A stretch of 55,179 bases of DNA, filler included, from Trypethelium eluteriae (lineage: Eukaryota), in NCBI GenBank assembly GCA_051942245.1. It is 2 parts of 2 records of this genome, joined end to end, with 100 filler letters (N's around TTAATTAATTAA, not from the genome) between each part and the next. Parts side by side here need not be neighbours in the genome. Positions count along the whole stretch, not along the records: positions 1 to 27,544 come from JAVECL010000330.1; 1 more part is not named here. The stretch is one strand, 5' to 3'. Below, in pieces: positions 1-12,826 of this stretch; position 1 is the stretch's first letter; every line of letters starts with the position of its first letter. The notes beneath the pieces are model-generated. The model did not search any database and was not told where the DNA came from. It worked only from the letters and a program-made list of their open reading frames with translations. Made by a program: the position numbers and the translations under genes.

Positions 1-2167
1 GAGCCAGAGCGAGCGGGACGACAGAGGGAGCAGTGCTGGATCGCGCTACAATGGGCGCACTGGCGCCGCCGCTGGAGGGACTGCTGATGCTGCGTATCGT
101 GTCCATTCTGCCAATTCCCACGCCGCCAGGGACGGGACGCCGCCGGATCATATTGAGATTCATCTGCTGCTGCGTTCCCACCCTACCGCTCCATGTTCCC
201 ATTTCGCTTGCTAAAGGTGGGATCCCCAAGAAGCCATGTGGTTGCGTCCGAGGAGCGGCATAGCTACCCGTGGCTGAGCTGGGCCGTAAATTTTCCTCTG
301 ATGCTCCCGGAGCCGGTGAACTTGTTTCGGAGCCTCGGAGGCCAGCTAGCTCCCAATATCGGAGTGGCAAAGGAGCGTTTGGCTCAGCAGTATACATGGG
401 TGGCGGTGGTACCCAATTATCCGCATCACTCTCATGTGGTGGGTCCCGTGCAAGCCGTCGGTCTGAACCATCTGCCCGTCTATACTCAACAGGTGCCGTA
501 GGGCGCGCGCGCAGACGTTGACGCACGTAAGGTGAAGACTGTGAGACAGAGGCGGCTCGGACGAGGGAGGCGCGCGATCGTGGTTGCGAAGGCGTGTATG
601 GCTCTTCCATAGCCTCGATGGGGAGGTCATCATCAGGGAGAGCCGGGACAGGAGGAGCAGAGCTTGGTACATGGTTGCGATTATGGTGATGATGAGATCG
701 GCGGCGAACGTCGCCAGAAGTATGAGATCGGCGAGGGGATGAGATTGTGGGTAGAGACTGATGCTTTTTCTGCGTGAGCGTTCTTCGTCGTTCCAACGCC
801 ACTTCAGTCTTCAAGTCTAGCTGCTGTTCGGGCAATACCCTTGCATTACCAGTGTCAAGTACGAGGGTCACATGCTCGTCTTCGAGACCTGGCTGACTAG
901 ATTTGTCAAAATCTAGTACGATAAACCGGCCTCCCTCGGCAGTGTCTTCATCGTCCGAGAAACTCTCGTCGACATTACAGAACCTTGAGATGTCCGGTAT
1001 TGCAGGACTGAGAATGAGCAGTCGTCGTGAGGCTTTGTCTTGCACAAATTTGAGGCCTGGAGTGGTGTTCTCGTCCATTTCCGGAATGTCATAGGTCTCT
1101 TCAATGTTCACTTTGATGTCAGATGCAGCAATATTGTTAGGTATCTGCAGCACTCGCACGCAGATTCTGTTGGTCAGACTGGCAATGAGCTGCCCATCCT
1201 GTGTTGTTGTGACGACTGGAAAGTCCCGAATGCCCAGTTCCCGAAGTTTTGACGTCTTTTCCAATTTGCAACGAGCGATCGTTGTTAAATTATCTTCGGG
1301 AGCTGTTGCAACTACAAGATTCGTGGAAGCGTCAACGGTACCAACAACCTCGACCATACCATCATGCTGCCATAAGCATGCTGATTGTAGCTTGCTGCTG
1401 AGCTTTGGCTCAAGCATTTCAGCCGTCCAGACCTGTCGAAGTTCTTCCGCAGTGGGATGGCGTGGGTCTTCCGCAAATAGTGGGACGGAGACGACAAGAG
1501 TGCCTCTGCTGATGTTCTTGGTCGTCGCCAGTAGCCATTTGGAGTTGTGCGAGAATTCGACATGATCCAATTCAAGGCCAGCAGTAGCACATCGCCGAGT
1601 CGCGTCTCCAGCGTCAGGGTGAAGCGAGTATACGTCGACGCTATTTGGCCCGCAGACTGCGAGCAGATGCCCCGTTCTATCCAATGTGACTGCTTCAGCA
1701 GGAAGCTCTAACTGGATTGTCCTTACCAATCTCGGGGCAGGGCCGATCTTGATATCGTAGACATTGACGACATGCTTGGTTGATAGCACGGCCATGAGTG
1801 TTCCATCATCATGAATATCCGCTGCAACTGGTCTTCTTGAAACCTCAAATGCTCTGACCTTCTTGTCCGGTAGCGAACGGACGTCAATGATATGAAGGTA
1901 GCCAGAGTTGAACGCGGTAATGTAACGTCCCCTGGCGGAGGTGGACATCACAAGCGCTTCACCTAGTGGCAATGCTATCTTTGAGGAAGTGCCAGTGATA
2001 AGGCGAACGACGATTGCAGGCGGTCGAGTGACTGGCAATAGTGGTCTGTCCTGCTCTTTGAGATGTCCATTTTGTTGCAAGCCGCCAACGGGCGTCCGTC
2101 CCCCCGGCGCAGAGTCCCCATCTCCGTACAAGTCGTCATTATCCGCCGAATATCCAGTATCTGACAT
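1..2167 (-). CDS. Conserved fungal hypothetical protein, N-terminal WD40/beta-propeller-like region and low-complexity C-terminal part; runs off the left edge
   Basis: Read by eye from ATG at 2167: MSDTGYSADNDDLYGDG...VRAFEVSRRPVAADIHDDGTLMAVLSTKHVVNVYDI...LKTEVALERRRT. The same frame is seen near 760. It is absent from the ORF track, consistent with no stop before the window edge. The propeller call rests on repeated short beta-strand patterns only. Confidence 0.7.
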   Translation of the reverse strand, partial: MSDTGYSADNDDLYGDGDSAPGGRTPVGGLQQNGHLKEQDRPLLPVTRPPAIVVRLITGTSSKIALPLGEALVMSTSARGRYITAFNSGYLHIIDVRSLPDKKVRAFEVSRRPVAADIHDDGTLMAVLSTKHVVNVYDIKIGPAPRLVRTIQLELPAEAVTLDRTGHLLAVCGPNSVDVYSLHPDAGDATRRCATAGLELDHVEFSHNSKWLLATTKNISRGTLVVSVPLFAEDPRHPTAEELRQVWTAEMLEPKLSSKLQSACLWQHDGMVEVVGTVDASTNLVVATAPEDNLTTIARCKLEKTSKLRELGIRDFPVVTTTQDGQLIASLTNRICVRVLQIPNNIAASDIKVNIEETYDIPEMDENTTPGLKFVQDKASRRLLILSPAIPDISRFCNVDESFSDDEDTAEGGRFIVLDFDKSSQPGLEDEHVTLVLDTGNARVLPEQQLDLKTEVALERRRTLTQKKHQSLPTISSPRRSHTSGDVRRRSHHHHNRNHVPSSAPPVPALPDDDLPIEAMEEPYTPSQPRSRASLVRAASVSQSSPYVRQRLRARPTAPVEYRRADGSDRRLARDPPHESDADNWVPPPPMYTAEPNAPLPLRYWELAGLRGSETSSPAPGASEENLRPSSATGSYAAPRTQPHGFLGIPPLASEMGTWSGRVGTQQQMNLNMIRRRPVPGGVGIGRMDTIRSISSPSSGGASAPIVARSSTAPSVVPLALA

Positions 2168-2988
2168 TCTCGATGCCAGATTCCTACCAATCTGACCGGC
2201 GCTATCTCCTGAGAGATGATATGCGTTATCGCTTACCGATCATGGACGCAGGTCGACGGGGTAGGTATCGAGGTATTGGGGTGTTTGTTCAGGAGAATTT
2301 CGCAGCAATCGGTGCTTGTATCTCTTCAGCATGTCTTCCCATTACGTGTAGCATAGTATCTTGTCAATAGCATCTCGCGAAGCCAAATGTTTCACTCCAA
2401 GGTTGCACGCACGCCAGACGCCGGGGCTTGTGCCCAAACGGTAGTCACCTCCGGCGTAAACCTTGGACAGGTGTTGGTGAGTACGAAGGTTGTAGAAAGC
2501 GCGCAGGTAAGAAGGGCACAGAGTCTTGGATTGGGATCAGTCTTGCATTGAGACGACTGGTCCTAGTGGCAGGTTCTCTCACACATGTGTCAAAGGCTCG
2601 CCGTGTCCGTGGGATGAAAATCTGTTGAGATGATAAGTACTTTGTACCGCCATCGTCAGCGGGAGAGCCCGAACACCCTGGCGGATGCAACGCACCTGAT
2701 GCATTCAAAGGGGCTCGAAAGAGGTCGAGGATACAAGGCTTGACCAAATCACCAAGCGTCGCATTTACGCTACGGTCCGCTTGCAGGAAGGGTGGTGGGG
2801 GATGGGGGAATCGTCTGGTCTTCAGCCGTACGCAGCGTACTCCTGTGTACAGCAGAAACGCGAGTAGTCACCTAATCACCTCCACGCCCCGCTATGCGCT
2901 ACCACGCCGTAGACCGACGTAAAGGCGTCAAGGTCCTGATCGCTCGGCTAAAAATAGCCTTCTTTTGTTCTAGCGTCAGCCTCCCTGA

Positions 2989-3036
2989 TGAACGAGACCT
3001 GAACGAGGCCTGAACGAGGCCTGAACAAGGCCTGAA
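2989..3036. repeat. 11-bp tandem minisatellite (TGAACGAGGCC), about 4.4 copies
   Basis: TGAACGAGACC TGAACGAGGCC TGAACGAGGCC TGAACAAGGCC TGAA. Confidence 0.9.
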
Positions 3037-4014
3037 TTCTGCTTAGCCGCCAAGCCTGAGAGTCGCCGCCCGTGCAAACGAGGCAATGGGTATCACGGGA
3101 ATCCTTTCTACATCTGTGAGAGACCAAGTTCCTGCCCTTGTCGACATCCTTCCCGTCTTCCTCAAACGCCCATTTCTTCCTGCACAATGCAGACGAATCA
3201 GACATTGCACCATTGGAAGACTCCTCTGTAAGCAGACACTGCACGACCTGGCTTCAATTGTGGACGTGCCGTTCTCGTACATGTACTTGTTGATTGTCCA
3301 TGTGACATGCACATAGAGCAGCGGGTCCAGCCCCTTGTTCAATCATACCCCTAGCCGATGAGCCAAATGAGTGAAATGAGCCATAGCGGATGAAACTGGT
3401 CACCGGTCTATAGGCTGATGTTAATGCAGTCAGCAAAGCTGACCCCATATCCTAAATCGACGGCACGTCCCCCCCGGCTCGGCCCAAGTCGCCAATCTAT
3501 AGCGCTTCTTCACTATCACACAACTCGGTGGACTGAACATGCTCCATAATAGGCGGTGAAATAAGATGTCTTGTTGCTCAGAAGACTGGCTGATTTTCAC
3601 AGTGGTTGGTATTTTCAACTTCATGCAAGTCAAAGGGGTCCTTCAGTGTTCAGTTATGGACCATGCACAAGGTTTACCCGGTGCTTGAGGCCCAGTGTGC
3701 ATAGCTGACATTTCCCATTGTGCATACTTGGCGAACGCCGACACGATCTCGCACGTTTGCCACGAAACATTATTGTTCATATGAGCAAGGCATATTCGGG
3801 TCACTAAGATATGTCGTAGATATGGTAGTAGATAGAATATACAGGGCGGAGATTCGGGGACCGCTAACTAAAAGGTCCCCAACGCTTCCAACGCTACATG
3901 ATTGATATCACAATGATATGCTCGCAGCCGAAATCTGGGCCAAAGTAGGAGAAGGTATTGCCAGACCCGATATATGCGTTACAGATTCCTGCCCCCTTCC
4001 CTCTCCTTAGTTCC

Positions 4015-6085
4015 CTACTTCGTCCCTTTCTCCCCCATTGCAACCTCACCACCTTCCTTCTTCCCCATCCCAAACCAGCTCATTGCCCCGCTCCTCATAC
4101 TATTCATCTGCTCTTCCTGCGCTCTCTTTTCCTCCTCTGCCATCTCTTTTAACCACTTCTCCCCGTTCTCCCGAATCTCTCGCTCCATCCTCTCATACTC
4201 CCGCTGGCCCCTCTCTCTAATTTGATCGCTCAGCATCTTTCCTTGCTCAAGCCCCTGCGAGACGCTCTCCCCTTCCCCTAGCATAAGCCCGCCAGGTGCG
4301 GGTTCCGCCTTGATCCCGAGTGCATTTCCCAGGCTCGCGAGACCTGAGAACTTCGGACGCCGCTTCTGGTCTTCAGCGAGGCGAGCCTGGAACTCGCGCC
4401 GCGCGTTAGCTTCGCGGCGGGCAAATTCGGTAGGGATGTCTTGTCCCTCGAATGATTTGAGGGCGGCCCGGACATCGGACGTGGTGGCCATGGTCGCGAC
4501 GTATTCGAGGAAAGGTATGAAAGAGACGAGGTCACGATCCTGAGGGGAGCCTTTCCATGGCGGTAGGATGATGGCGTTTTCGGGCTGCTTTCGTACGTGC
4601 GTGGGATTTGTGTCGAGAATGATAGTTTTGGAGAGATCGCGGTTTAGGTAGGAAAGATCCTGGGAAAGGAATGAGCGGTAAGTACGGCAGACGATAAGGA
4701 TAGTGGAGGTGGGATGGTAAGATACTTACCTTAACATACTCGCCATTTTCGTAGCGGGTCGCTTCACGAAATAAGGGCCACATGACGACATGGAAGGGGT
4801 CCAATTTCTGAATGACAGGAATTCCGCTCTGAGATGGAACGGTGGTGAAGATAACAAGCTCGTAATATTGACTCAAGTAGCGTAGGAAATAGTCAAGTCC
4901 AGGTCGCTTGGCCATTCGCCAGCCGTGCTCTCGCGTCCACTCGCTGTGGATGAGGAGATCTTCCAAGCTCAATACGAGCGTCATTGGTTGTCTCATATTC
5001 GCGTCCATGTCGGGCAATAATTTTTCGAATGCAGGTTCCGTGTAGTAGCTTACTTGGCTACTCCACCTGGCCCTGATGCGCTTCCACATGAGTGAAAAGC
5101 TCCACCCTGATGGCGCATCAGGATGCGCCTTTTCTTCTTGCTCGTTCGCCCAATTCCTTCCAAAATATACTGCTCCCGTGACCCCGAGTGTAGCCATAAT
5201 CAAATACGCGTAGTACGCGACGTTATTTCTTCTGCGGTCAACCGAGCTTTCGTAGGCTGAGCTTGGATATTCTCTATCGCCACCTCTCCCAGCTCCCTCT
5301 GCCGATGCTGGGTCCTCATTTTCTTTGGCTTCGGTGATGTCAAGACCTTGCTTATCCTCTTGTACAGATTCTGCCCTCTTCAAGAATTCGGCGTCGAAAG
5401 TAGATGGAATGCCTTGCCGTAGATCAGGCAAAGGTTGCGCTGGTTGCTGCGCCGGTGCTGTGTTTGCTTTGGGTTGTTGAGGACTTGAGAATTCCTCCTG
5501 TTCTCTAGAGTATTCCGCCTTGTCGCCTTTTTGCGCAGGGCGAGCGTTCGCTCTCTCTGGACCAGGCTGTGCGGATGGCTCTGTATTTTGGGCCGGAGTA
5601 GCCATTTCATTGAATTCGCCTGTCTCTCTCGACTTGATCTCTTGTTCAGCTCCTTCCCTGCGCGCTCTTGATGCAACTTCGGCTCCACTAGCAGTACTTG
5701 CACTTGCACCAGCAAACTTGATTGGATCACCCTTCTTCCATGTTTCGTTTTGGGTTGCAGACCGAGATTTCGGCCCACCGTTCCGCGCAGATGTTGCCCT
5801 TTCTCCTACGTCTGCCGTAGTTGCTGTATCTGTCTCCTGTGTAGCATTTGAACTATGCTTTAACCCACTTGCCGCCGGTTGCTTTCCTGCTGTTGTCGCA
5901 CTCCCGAATCCCCCAAACCGTGCAGGCTCGTCCCTATTCTGTCGTTGCTCTCGAAGGGGGGTGCGCCGGGCATTCGCAGGTCGAGCGTCTTTTGCATAAG
6001 TGCGGAGTGCTGATGTTGGGGTTATTCGTAGAGATGCTGGAACCGTGCGACCGACAAATGCTCTTGCCGCTGCATGCGAGAGCAT
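4015..6085 (-). CDS. TIM50: Mitochondrial inner membrane translocase subunit Tim50
   Basis: Arg-rich presequence-like N-terminus and one TM helix. FCP1-like domain TLVLSLEDLLIHSEWTREHGWRMAKRPGLDYFLRYLSQYYELVIFT. One intron 4660-4729 (GTAAGT...CAG) joins YVK to DLSYLNRDLS. Confidence 0.96.
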
Positions 6086-6479
6086 TATAGGAGGTAAATG
6101 AAGGTAGAAGAAAACAAGGGAAGGAACGGCCTTCGAACCTCAAATTACAAGCTAGTATAGTTGAGAAGTAGAGACCGACCCGACATGAGGATAAATCTTT
6201 GAAGATGCCATAGGGGATCTTGCAACGGGAAGGTCTGCCGAGACCGACACCGACCTTAACATTTAGCCTCCACTACTCTACTATATTCGAGAACGACACC
6301 TATCTGCCATGTGAACCTGATTGCTCCGTCCAGTCTTTCCTTATGCAAGCTTCTCTCCCTTCTATATCTGCTCTGTGCTTCTCATGCCATGTCCCGCGGC
6401 CTTGCGCTAGCGATGTTGTCATCTCATCAGCCAGGATAGTGCCTCAGACTTGACCGCAGATTGAACGGACGGGGGCAGC

Positions 6480-9400
6480 ATGTACGCAAGATGGGTCGAT
6501 TTTCTATTTGTGATTCTCTTTGCAACCGCTGCATCTTGCATGAGCGACGACGCAATTGCAAGTCTAAGGTTCATATGAATCCCTTGCCCTCTTTCGCAAG
6601 CGGGCATGTGCTTACTGTTAGCATAGACAAGAGACACGAGACATTTTCTATCATGGATATAACGGCTACATGAAGTACGCATTCCCCGAGGACGAGTTAC
6701 GTCCACTGCTGTGCAAGCCATTGACTCGTAATGACTCCAATCCCGCTCATGTGGAGCTCAATGATCCACTTGGAAACTATTCTGTCACTCTGATAGATAC
6801 CCTTTCCACGCTTGCTATCCTAGCCTCGTCACCATCACCAAGCAAAGACGGCCGCAATAGAGAGTTACAAGATTTTCAAGATGCGATTGCAGCATTGATC
6901 CTCCTTTACGGAGATGGCAAAAAGGACCGAGGTGGACAAGGGCTACGAGGTCGGGGCTTTGACGTTGATAGTAAAGTACAGGTGTTCGAGACGACGATTC
7001 GTGGAGTTGGAGGCTTATTGAGCGCTCATCTCTTCGCCATCGGTGAACTACCAATCAAGGGATATGACCCTACAGAACAGGAAAAAGATGGTAGATGGGG
7101 TATCTTCTGGAAAAATGGTATTATCTATGACGGTCAGCTACTCAGACTTGCTCTAGACCTTGCCACTCGACTGTTGCCAGCCTTCTCAACTCCAACCGGC
7201 ATACCCTACCCACGGGTGAATCTGCGCCGTGGAATTCCGTTCTACGAGAACTCTCCTCTGAATACTGACGCCGAGCATGGTCAGTGCCTCGTAGGCGAGA
7301 AAGGGCCTGCCGATAGTACTGAATCGTGCGCTGCTGGCGCTGGAAGTCTTGTCCTTGAATTCACTACACTGAGCAGATTGACTGGCGACGATCGCTTCGA
7401 GAGATTAGCAAAGCGAGCTTTTTGGGCAATCTGGGAAAGGCGTAGTCGTGCCGGCCTAATTGGAAGTTCTATTGACCCCGAAACTGGACAGTGGATATCG
7501 CCAGTCACTGGCATTGGTGCTGGAATAGACAGTTTCTTTGAATATGCCTTCAAGTCTCAAATTCTCCTCTCGGGCATTTCCTTTGACGCCACCAACTACA
7601 GCATTGATTCACCCGAAGCCTTTGGTGCAGCTTGGCAAGAGGTCCATGCCTCAATCAAACGACACATCTATCGTGGTCATTCATTCCACCATCCGCATTA
7701 CATCCAGGTCGATCTTCACACTGGAGCAATGCGAGCATTTTGGCTTGATAGTCTTGCAGCTTTTTATCCTGGTCTACTTGCCTTTTCTGGTGAATTGGAG
7801 GAAGCCATTGAGGCCCATCTAGTATATTCTGCGCTTTGGACAAGATTTTCTTCGCTTCCGGAACGATGGTCTACGGCGACCGGCAATATTGAGCATGGTC
7901 TTACCTGGTGGCCAGGTCGACCTGAGTTCATTGAGTCCACCTGGTACATCTACCGCGCGACTAAGGATCCTTGGTACCTGCATGTTGCTGAAATGGTGAT
8001 GCGCGACCTCAAGCGGCGTTGCTGGACGCGGTGTGGATGGGCTGGTCTCCAGGACGTACGCAGTGGTCAACAAAGCGATCGCATGGAAAGTTTCTTCCTC
8101 GGCGAGACTGTGAAATATCTTCACTTGCTATACGACGAAGCGCATCCTCTCAATCATCTTGATGAACCTTTTGTCTTTTCTACCGAAGGTCATCCTTTGA
8201 TCCTCCCGAAATCGTTCCGACGGAAACCACAACACACTGCCACACCGACGAAAGTCAACACGACCGATGTGGTAGCAATTCCCACCATTCCTAGTTCAGT
8301 GTCGCAAGCAGTATGTCCTTTACCTCCACCTATGCTTCCACTAAGCATATCTGCTACGGCTGCTAGGCAGGATATCTTCCATGCGGCTAGTCTGGTTCGC
8401 CTGCACCTGATGCCAAAGATCGGCGTAGCAGAATCTCCGATTCTAGAATTTACAAATGATCATCCAAGCGTATCCCAGCCTGATCTCGTGTCTCCCACGA
8501 ACTATACGTATTATCCCTGGACTCTACCTCCCGAGCTCATCCCAGCCAATGCCACGAGCTCGAAGCTGACTTCACGAAATACATTCGACCTCTCCTTCCC
8601 AACTCTACCGAATATGGTAATGAATGCTGCTGTGCTTCAACGCAGCTCCGAAGGTATCCTCATCAACTCTGTCAGCGGTTTGCGCCTCGGCATGGTTCGG
8701 GAACCAACCCCGAGATTCCCTGGCCAACCTGTACCAGATGAATTTTTCCGCGTCTACGCCGTCTCCAATGTCGCTTTAGGGCGGGATGAAAAAGTCTTCC
8801 TTTCAGAAAGCTCCATCAACGGTTTCAATCCCATCGACCCGCACTTCAGCAAGATCCGAGACACTGAGATGTTAGACCTCGTTCTCGACCTCCCCATCAA
8901 CGAGAAAGATCTCGGCAAAGCTGTCAATGCGGATGGCACAGTAGAACAGTCTATCCTCCAATTCGCGTCCCAGCTCTTCACAAACGCACATTCCAACGAT
9001 GCCAAGGTGGACGGCTCCAATCTTATGAGTAGCCTTCTCCGAGGTCTCTCCGACATGAAATCACTATTCTCCGATTCTGATCTCGACTCTAATGCCTCCG
9101 CCTCCGCCTCACTTTCTTCATCCTCCTCCGCCTCCGCGTCCGCATCTTCCCTTCCTACTTCTCAATCTCTCCCCGTCATCCGATCTCTGCTCCCGGCCAT
9201 CCTTCCAGTCGGCCCTGGCGCTGCGCCTCTTCCCAATGTTCCAGACTCCACCGGAGACCTCGATCTCGATTGGAACAGCATCTACGTCACCGATACGCTT
9301 TGCGAATCCCCACTACCAGCGTCCGTAGTGAGAAGCCACCAGGTCCTAGTCGTAAAGCGCGGAGGCTGCAGCTTCAGCGACAAGCTGCAGAATGTCCCAT

Positions 9401-9738
9401 CATTCCCACCGGGGGCGTCGGCACTGCAGCTGGTTGTCGTGGTCTCGTATTCGGAGCAGCAGGACGAGCCGATGGGCATGCGGATGGGGAGTGGATATGC
9501 GGGCGGGAGAGACGGGCGAGACGATGGGTTTGGGGAGGAAGGGCTAGTGAGGCCGTTGTTGGATAAGATGCAGAAGACTCCTGCGGGGATGCCGCGTCCA
9601 CATCCGTTAAGTATGGTAATGGTGGGCGGAGGAGACGAGACGTGGGAGATGCTGGGGAGGGCAAAAGCGGTGGGAGTGAAGAGAAGATATCATTTTGTTA
9701 GTCAAGGGCTGAAGATCAGTAACTTGTTTGCATTGTAG
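6480..9738 (+). CDS. MNL1: GH47 alpha-1,2-mannosidase-like ERAD protein (EDEM/Htm1-Mnl1 type) with C-terminal PA-like domain
   Basis: Signal-peptide exon MYARWVDFLFVILFATAASC from 6480 and an intron at about 6569-6627. Then FYHGYNGYMKYAFPEDEL, VQVFETTIRGVGGLLSAH, GAGIDSFFEY, RPEFIES, DRMESFFLGETVKY and FSTEGHP. PA-like VVKRGGCSFSDKL near the C-terminus. Confidence 0.9.
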
Positions 9739-10675
9739 GCATATGCATAAATTGGCGTTCTAGATGACGGGCGGTTGTCATTGATTAGTGAGCAGCGCGG
9801 TGTTTGCTTTGAATGTCGAGTATGTAGGAATTTGTAGATATACTCTGTAAACAAGACAATCTTGGGCTGCAAACATGGTCCTGCTGCGACCTTTATAATT
9901 AGACAATCGTTGTATGGACACGACATACGGAACAGTCAGTGAAGCGTAAGCGACCAGTGCCATTGTCATGATGACTATGCCACCGTGATATGTTGATACC
10001 CTAAGTTTCAAGAAAGTCCGCAAACCTTCACATCTCGATCTCACTCTCCTTCGCTGCTTCTCAGCCGACCGTCCACTTTTCAGCACATTAACTTCAGTGC
10101 TGCAAGCTAGCGCAGTATCCACTTCTTGGAGCCACATATACCGAAGGGTGCTCCAGAGTATCAGAGCGAGCAGCATCGTTATGTATTCAGTACAAGTGAA
10201 CGTTGGTGGTCCGTTTGGAGTCATTTCAGTATACTCTCAGCACTTTATCATGGGCACTCGTGGTAGAGTACCTTTGTCTTTCTCATTTGTGGAGACATCT
10301 TAAGCTAGCCACTGAAAAACTCTTTTCCTCCTATCACGTTATCATGTAATCCAATACCTCATTCGTCACCCTTTTATTCGAGTTCTAACCATTCCTCGGT
10401 TGTCGTTTTTGCTGTCCTCACGCTCTGAGAATCTCAGGTTTGCGCTATGTCAAAATCACTCAAGAGAGGATCCACACCCCAAAGGTACCATAGTCACTAC
10501 CCTAACGACATAACGAGTCAAGTAGTAAGAACTGTCGTGCAGGTAACAAGCACACACCGCCAAGTTCACGACCAGAAATGACGCGTTCTTCTCTAATAAT
10601 AAATATTACTCAGAGACAGCATCAGTAACAACCAGCCGTTTCTCTATCTCCAAATTTTGTATGCCCTGACGTAGA

Positions 10676-11235
10676 ATGGGGCGCACAAAGGAAGGCAAGG
10701 CTCAGAGTAATACCATCCGTGAGACGTGTCAACTCCCGAGCCCTATTCGACCAGTCAGTCAACAGGCCACCGAACGCTCCCCATCTACCAAGGACAACCT
10801 ACCCAGCAACGGCGACGGCTTCAACAATCACAGCGACCATGGAACCGATCACTGCCATACCCCGACGGAGTACGGCCATTTCGAGGAGACCATGAAACGC
10901 CTCCATCCGGACTACCTCAAGGCCCAGTATCCTAGAAGCGAACACCTCAGACCACATGCGGGCAACTGGAGTATCGAAATTCATACCTCCGAAGGCACCT
11001 ACTCGGGTAAATGCGACCACTGCTACTGGCGCAATATAGTTGTCCGTCTCTGACATTCCTATACTCAGCATTGATACGTACCATCCATTCTGACAAGACC
11101 TGATAGTGCGACAGATTCGACCATAGCCTGTCCAGCATCCATTGCACCTCTCGCAGCGCCACCTGTGCATACTGTGCCGCCCACGATCTCCGCTGCGAGA
11201 GCAACACACCACCCGACCTCGTCCACTACCCCTAG
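10676..11235 (+). CDS. Small Zn(II)2Cys6-like protein, possibly a truncated pseudogene
   Basis: Intron 11042-11106 (GTCCGT...CTGAC...TAG) joins CDHCYWRNIV to CDRFDHSLSSIHCTSRSATCAYCAAHDLRC, giving C-x2-C-x6-C-x18-C-x2-C-x6-C. TAG at 11233-11235. Confidence 0.5.
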
Positions 11236-12826
11236 CTTTCACTCAGGACTGGCTCGTTAGCAAGACCATTTTGCGTATCCTTGGTGGCCATCTGTCGCCA
11301 TCGAGTGCGCCGTGGCTGGCAAAATGCCAAAGCAGTCTTCCTCGCTTCGTCGGGGTTTACGGAAAATGGAAGACGGGCAAAGAAAATGAAGTTCTGGGCT
11401 CGATCGAACGATTTGGTGGTACGCAATCTCGAGCCTTTGACCGGTCGTGCCTGTAAGGCGAACTACACGCATTTACGCGGCGTTGTGGACATCCACCAGA
11501 CTCAAATGCCATTGGTGTAGGAAACAAGTGTCGATGCGCTGAAGGAGTCATTGAGGACGATAGTCATACGGATGTAGATTGAAAAGCGATGAGCCCAGAA
11601 AGTACCTTTGGTGAACTAGGTCGGACAACGTTCGGAGGGGCAGCGTTTCATTTAATGACTGGATAGGCTATCATTGAGTAATCAAATGTATTATTCTTCT
11701 GCCATCTCACAAACTGCCAATCGAGCTTGCGATGAAAACTGGACATCTGGGCGATGCTCATCGGGTGGCTCCTGAGGCGAAGAGCTGGACATATGTGTAA
11801 AGAGAAAAATGGTCCCAGGAGAGAAAATGAGAATCTCAGGGAAAGACACTCTTGGTCCAAGGCTTGATGAGATTCGATTGAATTTTCCTAGTGTCCGAAA
11901 TATCTGACATGTCCAGAACGGTCATACCAAAGGCTCTGACATGTGTTTTAAACGTCTGTGCTGATTGCAATACCAATCTAGCCAACTTACTATCTCAGGG
12001 TAACTATACGTTTGCACTGCATCCTTGCGTCTTCAGCAGTCCTATAACCCGGAAAAAACGGGTTTCAAGATATGGTCACCCTGACATCGAAGTTTGATCT
12101 TCATGGACCATCATTTAGGTAGTTAATGCCTTGAATAATAGCAATGATCAAAAAGGGGACGGAAAGGCAAGTTTACGGCAGACTTGGATTGTAATACTTC
12201 ACACGCTAATCTTAATGGAGGCGAGCTCCGGAGCTCTCGGAGCTGAAATGTTACAATTCCCTCACCAATACGGACGGTACAGTATCGTAACCCACACCGC
12301 ATTCCCAAGAACATCGTCTTCAATACCGCAATACACAGCCGACCTGTATGGGGCGCCAGGCCAATCCAGACATTCGGCGAGCTTTCGTCGAGTTCAGCGA
12401 CGACGATACTTCCGCAAAGGTACCACACTCCTTTTACTCCTTCTCAACACACAACCATACCGTCCCTTGGTTCCTCCATCAATTCTATGCTGTTGACGGC
12501 CTTTTCCCCAGTGCAGCAAAGTTCGATGCACCTATTGCGGCTTCGTACGCGCCAAGAACACGACCCGCCAGATTGAACACCTCCAATCATGTAAAGAATA
12601 CCTCAATTCCTCCGCGGCCCAAGAAGCAGGCCAGTCCGAAACAAATGGCGATGTGGTCAATGGCAGCACCACCAATCATGGAGGCTCTGAAATATACAAT
12701 GGCACGAGGCCGAATCCGAATCTCCAAATTCAACGACGAGGGCCGAATGGCTTCAAGAGAAAATCCGATCAAGCCTTAGCAGCTTCTTCTTCCCCGATCC
12801 CTCCTCAATCCATTCCTCGTGTCAAC

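Noticed and set aside
12653..12826. N-terminal extension of the TenA ORF
   Set aside because: It begins at GTG. ATG 12827 has good context (CAACATG) and matches where the family domain begins.
12100..12826. A second TPP aptamer upstream of the TenA gene
   Set aside because: No CTGAGA or CTTGATCTGGATAA core was seen on reading this interval.
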